Part shown: positions 37,254 through 47,295 of the stretch, piece after piece | How positions within the stretch are numbered: the first letter of the stretch is position 1 | Layout of the letters: each line of letters opens with the position of its first letter | Virus record (IMG/VR): IMGVR_UViG_3300044645_002359 | Coordinates: 137,261-201,260 of that record | Length of the DNA: 64,000 nucleotides | Direction: 5' to 3' (one strand) | Notes under the pieces: model-generated | Told to the model about the DNA's origin: nothing | The model's database searches: none | What the model saw: the letters and a program-made list of their open reading frames with translations, nothing else | Program-made: the position numbers and the translations under genes

Positions 37254-40200
37254 ATGCCCCAAACAATCCAAATCCTAAGGAGTCTAGAGGCAAAGAAGCG
37301 CCCTAACCCCGCAACTCTTTTACCGGGGCAACTGGCTGCTAACATTGATCCAACAGAACCTGGCTTATACTTCTCTGACACAAGCGGCAACCTCAGGAAA
37401 GTTGGCCCTTGTCACATTGGCAGTGAACCACCCAACTCCGACGTAGTACCACCTGCATTCGCAGGAAATTGCATTGGAGAGATGTGGTATGATACTGTTG
37501 GGGAGGTCCTGAAAATTTGGGATGGAACTATTTGGGTATCTACCCAAAGTGGGGGTGGTGGTGGAACCGGCGATTTAGGAGACCTTGCTCTTACCAATAC
37601 TGCTAGCAACCCGTTCCTTATTTTCACAGATTCCAGCGGAAATCCTCAAAAATTTAATCTTAACGCATCTCTTACTCAAAAGGGACAAGTACAACTTTCC
37701 TCCTCTTTGACAGATGTTTCCGAGACGTTAGCAGCCACACCGAGGGCAATCAGTCTCTTAAATACCAACATTGGAACCGTAAGTTCAGGTTTAACTACTG
37801 CGAACGCAAACATTGCCACCCTACAACAGCAACTTTTAAAGTTCAGAGATGGCAATAGGATATATGTTTCTAAAAGCATCTATGCCAGTGATAGCAACAA
37901 CGGGACTTCTCCTGGCGAACCTTTATTAACACTTGGCGCAGCGGCAGCGGCTGCCCAACCGGGCGATCTAGTTGAAGTTGGTCCTGGCCTTTATACCGAG
38001 CCAAGCCTTCCCATTCGTTGGAAGCGTGATGTTGGCATTTTGGGTAAGGGTCTTCGTAACGCACGGGTACAACCTGCAGCCGGTCAAGAATACAATGACA
38101 TTTTTAAAGTAGATAGTGGATTCTGGTGCTGGGGACTAGAATTCGCTGGCCACCAAGCTGATAGTTCTACCGGACAGCAAGCCTGGGCTATTAGTTTTAA
38201 TGAGACTGCCGATAATACTTCTTTAGGGGCTGTTGGCCTTGGGGCGTATATTTTCAAATCACCATACATCCAGAACTGTACCTCCCTAACAGCAGAGGAC
38301 GATAACGGCAATGCCGGATCCCAGTCAACGGGTGATACTGGGGGTGGAATCATTGTTGATGGTGCATCTTGTGCTAAAAATAGCCCCATCCGATCAATGG
38401 TAGTGGATAGCTTTACACAGGTTAACCTTGGTGGTCCAGGGTGCCTTGTGAAGAATGATGGTTATGCTCAGTTGGTTTCCTTCTTCGGAACTTTTTGTAA
38501 CTACCATGTCCGCACTGAGAGTGGGGGTCAAGTAAACCTCTCGGGTGGTGGTACCAGTGACTTTGGTACATACGGATTAATGGCCGACGGTTACTCTCCA
38601 TCCCCTTTATATACTGCGAAAGCACGTGTTTCTGCATTCGGAGCCACAAGAATTGAAAAGGGAGTTACATTTGACATTCCCTCTAACCTGATAACTTGCA
38701 CTGACTTGTTGGGCCATGGTCTCTCAATTGACGACCAAGTAATTTTCAATTGTTCACAGGGTACGTTCCCGGACAACATAGTAACAGGGACGGAATACTA
38801 TGTGATTTCCAGCGGATTTACAACAGTAGATTTCAAAGTTTCCCTAACTCAGGGGGGATCCCCTGTTGACATTTCCGGAACTGCCACAGGGGCTTACACA
38901 GTTATTCGCCAGGGTAATACCGAAGTAGATGTTATAGACTTGGGTGCCAATAGATTAGGCAGGCAACTCAAATACCCGACTGCAGGGAGCGCAGGAAGTC
39001 CCGGAAATGCCGTTACGATCACGGCAAGAGGTGGTTCGACCGCAGGATCTAGCTTCACCGTAACCTTAGACACCAGCACTATCAGGCACGAGTACATTGG
39101 TGGCGGAACCGTCACCATCGGGGCTAACTCTTACCCCGTCTCAAGTTGCACCTATGACAACCTAACCGGCTCCACGGTTTTAGCGGCCACAGGTTATGCT
39201 CCCACCTTGGGCGCACAAGTGACGATGCAGGATCTGTTCTTCACTTGTAGTTCCTCCAGCCGCCCTAGCTCTGGTATTTTACTATTCCCCCAACTTCCTT
39301 TCCCAAGTGGCGGTGCTACACCATTCACCTACACTAAGACAGGCGCCAATACATTCACTTATTTAACCACTGCAACTCCTTCTGGTCCAGAACACGAATA
39401 TGTTTCAGGAGGTACTGCCGTCATTGGATCGACTAACTACGGTGTTGCAGATTGCTCCTACGTTAAAAATACTGGCCTCGTAACGATCACAACGGTTACC
39501 CCATTGCCTGGGGCTTCATCCGGAACCGTAACCGTTGAAGGTCTAAATTTCATTTGCCCAACTTCGGGTTATATTGTTACTGGTAGTGTTCCAATTGACA
39601 TTAACGGAAACCCTGTGGCATTTGGCGCACCCACTCAAGCTGGTTACCGAATTAACTTCTATTCAGGTGTTAATGGGGGTCTGAAAAATACGATTGATGC
39701 CGACCAAGTCATTGACTTCCGTAATAGAAGCCAGGTTAGTGCCCCTAGCCACACTTTTGAATATGTAGGGTCCGGTACAAATTACGATGCTTTGCCCTAT
39801 AATGGAGGGGTTCCCGTACCTGCTAACAAGATAGTTGAAACCAACAATGGTAGAGTTTTTAGTAGCAATACCGATGAATTGGGGAACTTTGCTGTTGGGA
39901 CTCAATTTTATGTCGATGGGACCAACGGGTCAGTAACTATTAATACTGATCAGTTTAACCTGAGTGGCCTCAACTTTATCGGTCCATTCAGCCGAAACGG
40001 AGGTATAAGCACCGTTGGTGAGCAGCTTCGTGAGATTAGCAACAACACTAGTTTAATCGCGAGTACTGGAGTTGCAGATGGAAATACTGCACCAACTCAG
40101 TTTGCTGTTAAAGAGTACACAGGTAGCCGTTACGTTACGAATGTAGCTACCGAACTTGGTGGGCCTTTAAGTGTTACCGGAAATGCCGGTGCCAGCGGTG

Positions 40201-41795
40201 AGGGTATTTGGAGTTATGTGAAGACTTTATCTATTGCAGCAGCAACGACTTCCGCTCGTGGAACCATGAGTGCAGCCGATAAGTTGAAACTTAACAGCAT
40301 TGCCGATGGGGCAACTGCAAACCAGACTGATGCGTTTTTGCTGAGTCGTACCAATCATACTGGGACGCAGACGGCGTCAACTATTACCGGGCTAGCTGCA
40401 GTGGCCATCAGCGGCAGCGCCACTGACTTGGGCACCGGCACGCTCCCGGCTGCCAGGCTTCCAGACACAACAGTAACCGTCGGCAGCTACGGCACAGCCT
40501 CTGCAGTGCCTCAGTTCACGGTTGACGCAGCGGGGCGGCTTACGGCAGCGGCATCCATCGACATTGCCATCGCCTCCACTGCGGTATCTGGCCTTGGCAG
40601 CCTAGCCACGCAGTCAGGCACATTTTCTGGCACTAGCAGCGGTACAAATACAGGCGATAATGCTGTAAATACCCTTTACTCTGGCCTGGTTTCTAATGCT
40701 AATCATAGCGGAGACGCTAGTGGCTCCACTGTTTTAACCCTTGCAACCGTCAACTCAAACGTCGGATCGTTTGGCTCTGCAACTGTTACCCCAATTTTCA
40801 CCGTTAACGGTAAGGGGCTGATCACTGCTGCTAGCACTTCCACTATTACACCTGCCGTCGGCAGTATCACCGGCCTAGGAACCGGAATTGCACAAGCCCT
40901 AGCCGTCAACACTGGCGCTGAAGGAGCCCCGGTGATCCTAGGCGGAGCGGGAGGAATTCCTTCAAGCCTCACGCTCACCAACGCCACCGGGTTGCCGTTT
41001 GGAACAGGCATAAGTGATAAACCTACAACCCTATCAGGCTACGGTATAACAGACGGCTTCACCGAAGCCAACGTCCGATCAACGACTCTCACAGGGTATA
41101 CCAGTGGCGCCGGGACGATCACGGCTGCAGACACTGTGCTCACAGCAATCCAAAAGCTTAACGGTAATGCAGCGACGTTCGGTACTGGTAGCGTTACTAG
41201 CGTCGGTCTTAGCCTCCCAAATTTGTTCAACGTTACTACTACGACGGTCACCACCAGCGGCACCCTGACGGCCAGTCTGAACACGCAGGACGCCAATCTT
41301 GTCTGGGCTGGTCCGACCAGCGGTAGTGCAGCGGCCCCGACCTTCCGAACCCTGGTGGCGGCCGATTTGCCTTCGACCCCGCAATTCACGAACTTAGGTT
41401 TGGGAACCGCCGCTGTGAGCGGCTGGGAGTTGACCGTCGTAGGCGGAATGGTACAGAGGCGAGAATTGATAAGCCCAGTCAGTGGCGTTTATACGATCGA
41501 TGTCACATCGGGCAATGAATTTTATCTTGACAACCCTATCAACGGGGCCACCACAATTAACCTGAGCAACCTAAGCAACATTCCAAATAGTTATCGCTGG
41601 ACGGGTGTGTTAGAATTTACCTACACTAGCGGCGCGATCTCGTGGTTTACCGGCAATTCTGGGTGGACCGTGAGTTGGAAAACGCCTACAAAAACAGCAA
41701 AAGTTCCAACCTCTGGAAACGTTGAAGAATTCGTAATCCGTGTGATTGGTTCCTCATTTCGGATTGTTGTGGCACCAACTACGGAGACTAACTGA
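37254..41795 (+). CDS. long tail fibre (1513 aa)
   Basis: IQILRS..AKKRPNP..L.PGQLAAN anchor shared with 28343; pectate-lyase-like beta-helix (SPYIQNCTS); Thr/Gly/Ala-rich trimeric shaft. Confidence 0.75.
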   Translation: MPQTIQILRSLEAKKRPNPATLLPGQLAANIDPTEPGLYFSDTSGNLRKVGPCHIGSEPPNSDVVPPAFAGNCIGEMWYDTVGEVLKIWDGTIWVSTQSGGGGGTGDLGDLALTNTASNPFLIFTDSSGNPQKFNLNASLTQKGQVQLSSSLTDVSETLAATPRAISLLNTNIGTVSSGLTTANANIATLQQQLLKFRDGNRIYVSKSIYASDSNNGTSPGEPLLTLGAAAAAAQPGDLVEVGPGLYTEPSLPIRWKRDVGILGKGLRNARVQPAAGQEYNDIFKVDSGFWCWGLEFAGHQADSSTGQQAWAISFNETADNTSLGAVGLGAYIFKSPYIQNCTSLTAEDDNGNAGSQSTGDTGGGIIVDGASCAKNSPIRSMVVDSFTQVNLGGPGCLVKNDGYAQLVSFFGTFCNYHVRTESGGQVNLSGGGTSDFGTYGLMADGYSPSPLYTAKARVSAFGATRIEKGVTFDIPSNLITCTDLLGHGLSIDDQVIFNCSQGTFPDNIVTGTEYYVISSGFTTVDFKVSLTQGGSPVDISGTATGAYTVIRQGNTEVDVIDLGANRLGRQLKYPTAGSAGSPGNAVTITARGGSTAGSSFTVTLDTSTIRHEYIGGGTVTIGANSYPVSSCTYDNLTGSTVLAATGYAPTLGAQVTMQDLFFTCSSSSRPSSGILLFPQLPFPSGGATPFTYTKTGANTFTYLTTATPSGPEHEYVSGGTAVIGSTNYGVADCSYVKNTGLVTITTVTPLPGASSGTVTVEGLNFICPTSGYIVTGSVPIDINGNPVAFGAPTQAGYRINFYSGVNGGLKNTIDADQVIDFRNRSQVSAPSHTFEYVGSGTNYDALPYNGGVPVPANKIVETNNGRVFSSNTDELGNFAVGTQFYVDGTNGSVTINTDQFNLSGLNFIGPFSRNGGISTVGEQLREISNNTSLIASTGVADGNTAPTQFAVKEYTGSRYVTNVATELGGPLSVTGNAGASGEGIWSYVKTLSIAAATTSARGTMSAADKLKLNSIADGATANQTDAFLLSRTNHTGTQTASTITGLAAVAISGSATDLGTGTLPAARLPDTTVTVGSYGTASAVPQFTVDAAGRLTAAASIDIAIASTAVSGLGSLATQSGTFSGTSSGTNTGDNAVNTLYSGLVSNANHSGDASGSTVLTLATVNSNVGSFGSATVTPIFTVNGKGLITAASTSTITPAVGSITGLGTGIAQALAVNTGAEGAPVILGGAGGIPSSLTLTNATGLPFGTGISDKPTTLSGYGITDGFTEANVRSTTLTGYTSGAGTITAADTVLTAIQKLNGNAATFGTGSVTSVGLSLPNLFNVTTTTVTTSGTLTASLNTQDANLVWAGPTSGSAAAPTFRTLVAADLPSTPQFTNLGLGTAAVSGWELTVVGGMVQRRELISPVSGVYTIDVTSGNEFYLDNPINGATTINLSNLSNIPNSYRWTGVLEFTYTSGAISWFTGNSGWTVSWKTPTKTAKVPTSGNVEEFVIRVIGSSFRIVVAPTTETN

Positions 41796-41797
41796 TC

Positions 41798-42838
41798 ATG
41801 CTAGGGCGTAACGCATTACTAATGGCAAACGGTGGGACGGGTACGCCAGGCTTTGGGGTCAGGTTTAGCAACCCAGCAACTTTGCCGCCCGGAACAGGTT
41901 ACGGAGTTGCTTTTAGTCCTGATGGGTCCGCTATTGCGGTTGCTTCTAGTGCTACCGCATACCCTTGGTCGTCATCAGGATTCGGCACTAAATATGCCAA
42001 CCCTGCAACGCTTCCCGCAAGTTTTGCGTATTGCGTTGCCTTTAGTCCTTCCGGTGGATCCATCGCTTTTGGCCATTTTTCAAACCCTTTTATCACTGCA
42101 TACCCCTGGTCATCATCAGGATTTGGCACTAAATATGCGAACCCTGCGACGCTGCCAGGAGGCTATGTCCTGGGCGTAGCATTTAGCCCTTCTGGTGATT
42201 CTATTGCAGTAGCCGGAAACGGCTCTCCATGGCTTATTGTTTATGCCTGGTCATCATCAGGATTTGGCACTAAATATGCTAATCCTGCAACATTGCCTAC
42301 AGGGGTTGGCAATGCGGCTGCCTTTAGCCCTGACGGTGCTGCAATTGCGGTCTCCCACGTATCGTCTCCCCGTATTACCGCATACCCCTGGTCATCATCA
42401 GGATTTGGCACTAAATATGCGAACCCTGCGACGCTGCCCACAGGCGACGGCAAAGGTGTTGCTTTTAGTCCTGATGGTAGTGCCTTGGCGACTATCCATT
42501 TTTCAAGCCCTTTTATCACCGCATACCCTTGGTCATCATCAGGGTTTGGGGTTAAATATAATAATCCGGCAACATTGCCGGTTATGTCAATAGCCACCAC
42601 GCCCGCCATGGGGGTTGCGTTCAGTCCGGACGGGAGAGCCCTTGCGGTTGCGCACAATAACTCCCCACATATCACCGCATACCCTTGGTCGTCATCAGGC
42701 TTTGGTGCTAAATACAACGACCCGATCACTTTGCCGCCGAATGATGGCCTTGGCGTTGCCTTTAGTCCTGATAATAGCGCTTTGGCGGTTGCTCACGCAG
42801 ACAGCCCGTTCCTCTCTGTTTACACTTTCACCACATGA
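41798..42838 (+). CDS. 7-blade beta-propeller (WD40-like) protein, putative receptor-binding tip
   Basis: Seven ~47 aa repeats VAFSP.G..IAV....P.ITAYPWSSSGFG.KY.NPATLP. Confidence 0.75.
   Translation: MLGRNALLMANGGTGTPGFGVRFSNPATLPPGTGYGVAFSPDGSAIAVASSATAYPWSSSGFGTKYANPATLPASFAYCVAFSPSGGSIAFGHFSNPFITAYPWSSSGFGTKYANPATLPGGYVLGVAFSPSGDSIAVAGNGSPWLIVYAWSSSGFGTKYANPATLPTGVGNAAAFSPDGAAIAVSHVSSPRITAYPWSSSGFGTKYANPATLPTGDGKGVAFSPDGSALATIHFSSPFITAYPWSSSGFGVKYNNPATLPVMSIATTPAMGVAFSPDGRALAVAHNNSPHITAYPWSSSGFGAKYNDPITLPPNDGLGVAFSPDNSALAVAHADSPFLSVYTFTT
41860..42830 (+). repeat. coding tandem repeat, period ~141 bp
   Basis: A 59 bp stretch is identical at 42098 and 42380 (282 bp apart, two periods). 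Confidence 0.85.
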
Positions 42839-43095
42839 ACAGCAAGCTCCCCATCCTCGCCCCCGCCCTTGAAGGCCGCGATGCCGAACTTCTCGGCTAC
42901 CAGGTCAATATCGATAACTATGTCTTAGCGATTGCTAAGATTGAACAAGACTACGCTGACAATGACGATCTCATTGCATTCCGTGACGACCTCCAAACCC
43001 GACTAGACGAGGAGCGCCGCCAGCAACTGCGCTGCCAGGTCATCCGCGATGTAATCGCCGAGCAGGTCGCTCAACTCACCATTGAAGCCGAATGA
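42835..43095 (+). CDS. small coiled-coil hypothetical protein (tail tip module)
   Basis: 86 aa, ATGA-coupled on both sides, GC-rich. Confidence 0.6.
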   Translation: MNSKLPILAPALEGRDAELLGYQVNIDNYVLAIAKIEQDYADNDDLIAFRDDLQTRLDEERRQQLRCQVIRDVIAEQVAQLTIEAE

Positions 43096-44006
43096 ACCTA
43101 ATCAACCTCCTCACCAACGCCTACCCCGTCAGCCTCTACGAGGTGCGCCAGGCCAACCCCAACGTTTCCTTTCCCGTCAACCCCACCGACGAGGATCTAG
43201 CACCGTTCGGCTATGCCAATGTCTATCCTACCTTACAACCCACTGAGTACGATCCACGCACACAGCGCATCGAAGAGGCAACTCCAGAGCCCGATCCCGA
43301 GGGTATCTATCAGCAGCAGTGGACAATCCGCGAAGCTACCGAACAAGAAATTGCGGCCTATGATGAAGCTAACCGCCCTGCCCCTAATTACTCAGGATTC
43401 TATAACGACCTGATCGCCAATCCGATCTACACAGCAATCAGCATGAGGGCAGCATTATTTCAACCCCTACTTGCTGCATCGACAGAATTTATTGCGGCAT
43501 TTGCCGATGCCAAGGCTGGCAACCCGAATCCTGACGCCATCCGTATGACAGTCTGGAGGTTGTTTTATTGGTTAAAACCATCTGTCGATGAAGTGGCGGC
43601 AATTCAGACAATGCTTGAAGACAATAACCTAGCCGATTTATATTCATTGGAAATACCAGTCCCGGTCTTAGAGGCATTCAATTCACTACCTAATCCATTC
43701 CTTTTCTATCAAGGTGTGTTGGGTAGTAACTTATATCAGAGGAAGTTGGTTCAGCTTATTCTTTCCGGTGCAAGTTCAGTTCCCGGCGATGCGACAACGA
43801 TAATGGGGTTTGCCATTAAGGACGCCCAGGCTGGATTAGTTCCTCCGCCAGTTGTTGGCGCCCCCCCAAATAGTCTCCAATCCGCAATCTGGCTATTTAT
43901 GGCTGCTGTGGGGTCATTGATTGATGAGGATGATGTGGCTGAACTTCAGACTTTACTGGATGCTGCTAATCTATCGGGGATGTATTCGCTGTTGCCACCA
44001 ACATGA
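43092..44006 (+). CDS. tail fibre assembly/chaperone-like protein
   Basis: YP.SLYEVRQANPNVSFP...DLAPFG...QRIEE.TP....G.Y.QQW N-domain typical of fibre-associated chaperones; duplicated C-domain. Confidence 0.5.
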   Translation: MNLINLLTNAYPVSLYEVRQANPNVSFPVNPTDEDLAPFGYANVYPTLQPTEYDPRTQRIEEATPEPDPEGIYQQQWTIREATEQEIAAYDEANRPAPNYSGFYNDLIANPIYTAISMRAALFQPLLAASTEFIAAFADAKAGNPNPDAIRMTVWRLFYWLKPSVDEVAAIQTMLEDNNLADLYSLEIPVPVLEAFNSLPNPFLFYQGVLGSNLYQRKLVQLILSGASSVPGDATTIMGFAIKDAQAGLVPPPVVGAPPNSLQSAIWLFMAAVGSLIDEDDVAELQTLLDAANLSGMYSLLPPT

Positions 44007-44077
44007 TTATGTAGGGAAGGTGTTAAACTCTCGGCAAAGCTTCTCCTTTCACCCACCGTACCCTTAGTCAAAGATAT

Positions 44078-44836
44078 TTAAAAGTCTAGAGCTAGATCTT
44101 CTGGACCCTGCTTTGAGAAAGAACCAAAAAGTTCAGAAGGTGTTTCATAACCTTCGCTCCCTTTTGACCTATTAGCTGAAGCACAGACGAGGGAAAATCT
44201 GGCTTTAGCCTCGTGATACAACTTCCAATCTTTCCACAGAATCTCATCTTTGAATTTCTTGGCAGTAGGTGGCCCAGTTAGAGAAACATCCGTATAGGTT
44301 AAAGAATTTAACTTTATAAAAGAATCGGCAATTTCCGCGAAAGAAAGCCCTACATGGTCAACGTCGGTTCTCATGCCTCTTCGAATGCTCTTTCCTGTCA
44401 AGTAACAAGTTATTGGAAGGTTCAAAGACTCTCTAAAGTCCTTCAACTGAGATGAAACTCCATTCCTCATGGCAGCTTTCACGGCATTGTAATGCTTTTC
44501 TTCTAAACTCGCGCTTGTTGCTATCTTCTTAGCGGGGTACAAAAAGTCTATCAACTTAGCCTTTGGGACGGGTTGCTTCGAGCCCCCTCGCTCAAGGCTT
44601 ATCATTTTAACTTTTCTACCCCCTGCAATTTCTACATTCCTCAAGTAAACATTAACGTCTAGGTCGTTCGACAGTTTCGCCCACGTTGGAGAAAGACGGC
44701 AAGATCTCAGAACGAAGTCTCTGGGCTCACCGACCAACCTTGAATTTGCTCGATGGTTTTCAATTATTCTACTTAGTTTTTCCGTGTAGTCCTTCTTAGT
44801 TAGCCCAAGGGTGTCTTTTCCTATCGTGTTGCTCAT
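44078..44836 (-). CDS. DUF3223/DCL-like, HNH-related protein
   Basis: C.LTG...TDVDH...SF..IA..F...W..YH...A...LVCA.AN.SKG; only clear minus-strand gene in the window. Confidence 0.55.
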   Translation of the reverse strand: MSNTIGKDTLGLTKKDYTEKLSRIIENHRANSRLVGEPRDFVLRSCRLSPTWAKLSNDLDVNVYLRNVEIAGGRKVKMISLERGGSKQPVPKAKLIDFLYPAKKIATSASLEEKHYNAVKAAMRNGVSSQLKDFRESLNLPITCYLTGKSIRRGMRTDVDHVGLSFAEIADSFIKLNSLTYTDVSLTGPPTAKKFKDEILWKDWKLYHEAKARFSLVCASANRSKGSEGYETPSELFGSFSKQGPEDLALDF

Positions 44837-44857
44837 TTCAGTGGGTTGAATCTAATA

Positions 44858-44868
44858 AACTTTACCCG
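44858..44868 (-). promoter_or_regulatory. putative late promoter box on the minus strand
   Basis: Reverse complement CGGGTAAAGTT; GGG 31 nt before ATG 44836. Confidence 0.6.
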
Positions 44869-44911
44869 ACTACAAGGAAGCTAGGATAAGGTCAACGGTA
44901 ATTGACTCAAT

Positions 44912-45286
44912 GTGCTAGAAAAAACTTCGGTTATTCGTCAACGGGGTGACCTGAAATACCTCCTTGGAACTGAAGTTGAGTGCTCGGGGAGGGTAAAAGA
45001 GCTTCGCCCCCACGAAAAGAGAAAAGATCTAGACTCAATTTGTTTAGTGAATGTCATTGTAACACCTTTACCATTCGGTGAATCCATATACGTAGACCAC
45101 TTATGGATTTTGAGGCGCCAATTCAAAAAAGTCGGCAAAGTGCCTGAACAAAATGAAAGAGTGTATTTCACTGGCAAAGTTTACTCCTACAAAAGACTAG
45201 GAGGGAAATCAATCGACCGTGGATTATACGGAATAGAAGATTACGGAGTTCTTCCTTTAATGTTGGGGAAAGTTCATGAAAATTGA
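44912..45286 (+). CDS. hypothetical protein (OB-fold-like)
   Basis: 124 aa; beta-rich, ERVYFTGKVYSY. Confidence 0.5.
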   Translation: MLEKTSVIRQRGDLKYLLGTEVECSGRVKELRPHEKRKDLDSICLVNVIVTPLPFGESIYVDHLWILRRQFKKVGKVPEQNERVYFTGKVYSYKRLGGKSIDRGLYGIEDYGVLPLMLGKVHEN

Positions 45287-45512
45287 GATCAAGAGTCAAA
45301 TTTTCGAGGGAAGAGAATACCTTGAGTTTCTCTTGCACGATGGGCCAAATGAAAGAGAGAAGATAAGGGGTTACGCCACTGACCTTATCGTAGCGTTCAC
45401 GAAAATCATTGAGTGGCACGAAAGGATAGAGTCGGAGTACGGTAGTGGTGAGGGTATACCCTCTATGCCCGAGGGCTATAGTAAGATCGAAGCGGAACCA
45501 CCGCCTTTGTAA
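45276..45512 (+). CDS. hypothetical protein
   Basis: 78 aa, overlaps the previous stop. Confidence 0.5.
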   Translation: MKIEIKSQIFEGREYLEFLLHDGPNEREKIRGYATDLIVAFTKIIEWHERIESEYGSGEGIPSMPEGYSKIEAEPPPL

Positions 45513-45525
45513 TCTTCATTAAACA

Positions 45526-46146
45526 GTGAAACCAACAGAGTTAGAGTTTAAAGAACTCAAGCAAAAGTCCTCAGAGTGGGCTGAACAACGACTGTCTGAC
45601 CCTAAAACAGTAGTTATTGACTGTGAAACTACTGGGATCTTAAGAAACGATCCAAATACCGAAATCGTTCAACTTACAGTTACGAACGTTGCAGCCAGGC
45701 CTCTATTTTCAATGTTGATTAAGCCCGCTCAGCCAATGAGAGACGAGCTGGTAAATATCCATGGCATTTCCAACGAGATGGTGATGGATAGTCCCATTTT
45801 CCCTCAGGTAGCGAAGCTAATCTCGTTCATTCTCGAAGGTAAGCACGTTGTCGCATATAACGCTGACTTCGACGTTGCCCTCTTGGTTCATCTATATAAA
45901 AAGTACGACATACCCGCTCCGAAGTTCTCCGGGGCCAGTTGCTGCATGGACAGGTATTCCGAGTGGAAGGGTGAATGGAACGAAGGTAAGGAAGGAATCC
46001 GTTGGCAAAAACTTCCAAACTTGTCAGGTATGCCTGCTCACGACGCACTGTCTGACTGCGTTTCCACTATTCGCGTAATGGAATTAATGGCCAGGGGAAT
46101 TGACTTGGCTACCCTTGATTCTGAAGAAATTTCTCTAAACTTTTGA
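45526..46146 (+). CDS. DEDDh 3'-5' exonuclease (DNA polymerase III epsilon-like)
   Basis: VIDCETTG, IHGI, AYNADFD, HDALSDC. Confidence 0.9.
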   Translation: MKPTELEFKELKQKSSEWAEQRLSDPKTVVIDCETTGILRNDPNTEIVQLTVTNVAARPLFSMLIKPAQPMRDELVNIHGISNEMVMDSPIFPQVAKLISFILEGKHVVAYNADFDVALLVHLYKKYDIPAPKFSGASCCMDRYSEWKGEWNEGKEGIRWQKLPNLSGMPAHDALSDCVSTIRVMELMARGIDLATLDSEEISLNF

Positions 46147-46151
46147 TAACC

Positions 46152-46451
46152 ATGTTCGGTAAAATTACGATCACCTACGAGCCCCCCAACAATGACCCAG
46201 ATGAGAGTAGGGTCTCTATGCAATTTTCTTCAGAGGCAGACCTGAACGAAATTGTAAGGAACTTCGAGCGTTTCCTTCGAGTAATGGAGTACCCTCTAGA
46301 TCAAGGTGATTCTCTCGAGGTTGTTTACGCAAAAGACTGCCCTGACACACCTGCGCACTTCACGGCTTTCCCTAGTCTCGGAAAAAACTGTTACCTCACT
46401 TTGACCGATGGTAGTCTGTATAACCTAACATCAAGAGATTCGGAGAGCTGA
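46152..46451 (+). CDS. hypothetical protein
   Basis: ~99 aa; FS.EADL.EIV..FERFLR.M.Y resembles common small phage proteins. Confidence 0.5.
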   Translation: MFGKITITYEPPNNDPDESRVSMQFSSEADLNEIVRNFERFLRVMEYPLDQGDSLEVVYAKDCPDTPAHFTAFPSLGKNCYLTLTDGSLYNLTSRDSES

Positions 46452-46452
46452 G

Positions 46453-47295
46453 GTGGAAAACAATAATCCCTGGTTCATTGAAGGATCAAGTAAATCTCGT
46501 CTAGTTACCGTTACACCTCACGCAGAAGAGCATATTGCTTATATCGCCAGAGTAACAAGCAAGAACCAAAGCAACCCTAAAATCTCAGGTTTGCTAAAGT
46601 ACTGTGCAAAAGACGGACATTGGAGCGTTTTCGAGCAAGCTACCATGTCAGTAGAAGTTGTCACACCTTTGGCAATCTCAATTCAGGCACTGAGGCACCG
46701 GTCCTTTTGCTTTCAGCAATTTTCAGGAAGGTATGAAGATCAGGGTTTCATGAGAAACTATACAGAAGATCTTTCCACCTACCAAGATCTGTTCTACATG
46801 CCCGAAGAAGCAAGGCTCCAAGACACCAAGAACCGTCAGAATAGCTTCGTGGCAGATGACGCAAGTCTCACAGACTTTATGTGGTCTGAATTCGAGTTCG
46901 CCTACAAAGCTTCTATCACTGCCTACAATAATCTCCTTGGGCGCGGTATCGCTAAGGAACTAGCACGTTTTGTTCTTCCCGAGGGTGTGTATACTCGTCT
47001 CTACATTACCGGAAATGTGAGATCGTTCATTCACTACATTAACGTGAGAGACGATCATGGGGTGGCTCAGTGGGAACACGTAGAACTTGCAAGGGCTGTG
47101 CGTTCCGTGTTTGCAACCCAATTCCCCACTATTTACAGCTCTTTGTTCGACCCGCAAACGGGTAGTCTTTTATACAAAGACAAAGAGCACGAAGAGCAGA
47201 TTGCCCAACTTCAAGGAGAAATTTCGGTCCTCCAAGACGAGATCACAGGCTTGAAAACTACTATTACCCTTCTTCAAAATCGACTGTCTAACTGA
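46453..47295 (+). CDS. thyX: flavin-dependent thymidylate synthase
   Basis: GHWSVFEQ, RHRSFCFQQFSGRY, KELARFVLP, RSFIHYINVR. Confidence 0.93.
   Translation: MENNNPWFIEGSSKSRLVTVTPHAEEHIAYIARVTSKNQSNPKISGLLKYCAKDGHWSVFEQATMSVEVVTPLAISIQALRHRSFCFQQFSGRYEDQGFMRNYTEDLSTYQDLFYMPEEARLQDTKNRQNSFVADDASLTDFMWSEFEFAYKASITAYNNLLGRGIAKELARFVLPEGVYTRLYITGNVRSFIHYINVRDDHGVAQWEHVELARAVRSVFATQFPTIYSSLFDPQTGSLLYKDKEHEEQIAQLQGEISVLQDEITGLKTTITLLQNRLSN

Noticed and set aside
41860-42830. CRISPR-like or DGR-like repeat array
   Set aside because: Repeats are in-frame propeller blades of period ~141 bp; no cas gene, reverse transcriptase or adenine-specific TR/VR pair is visible
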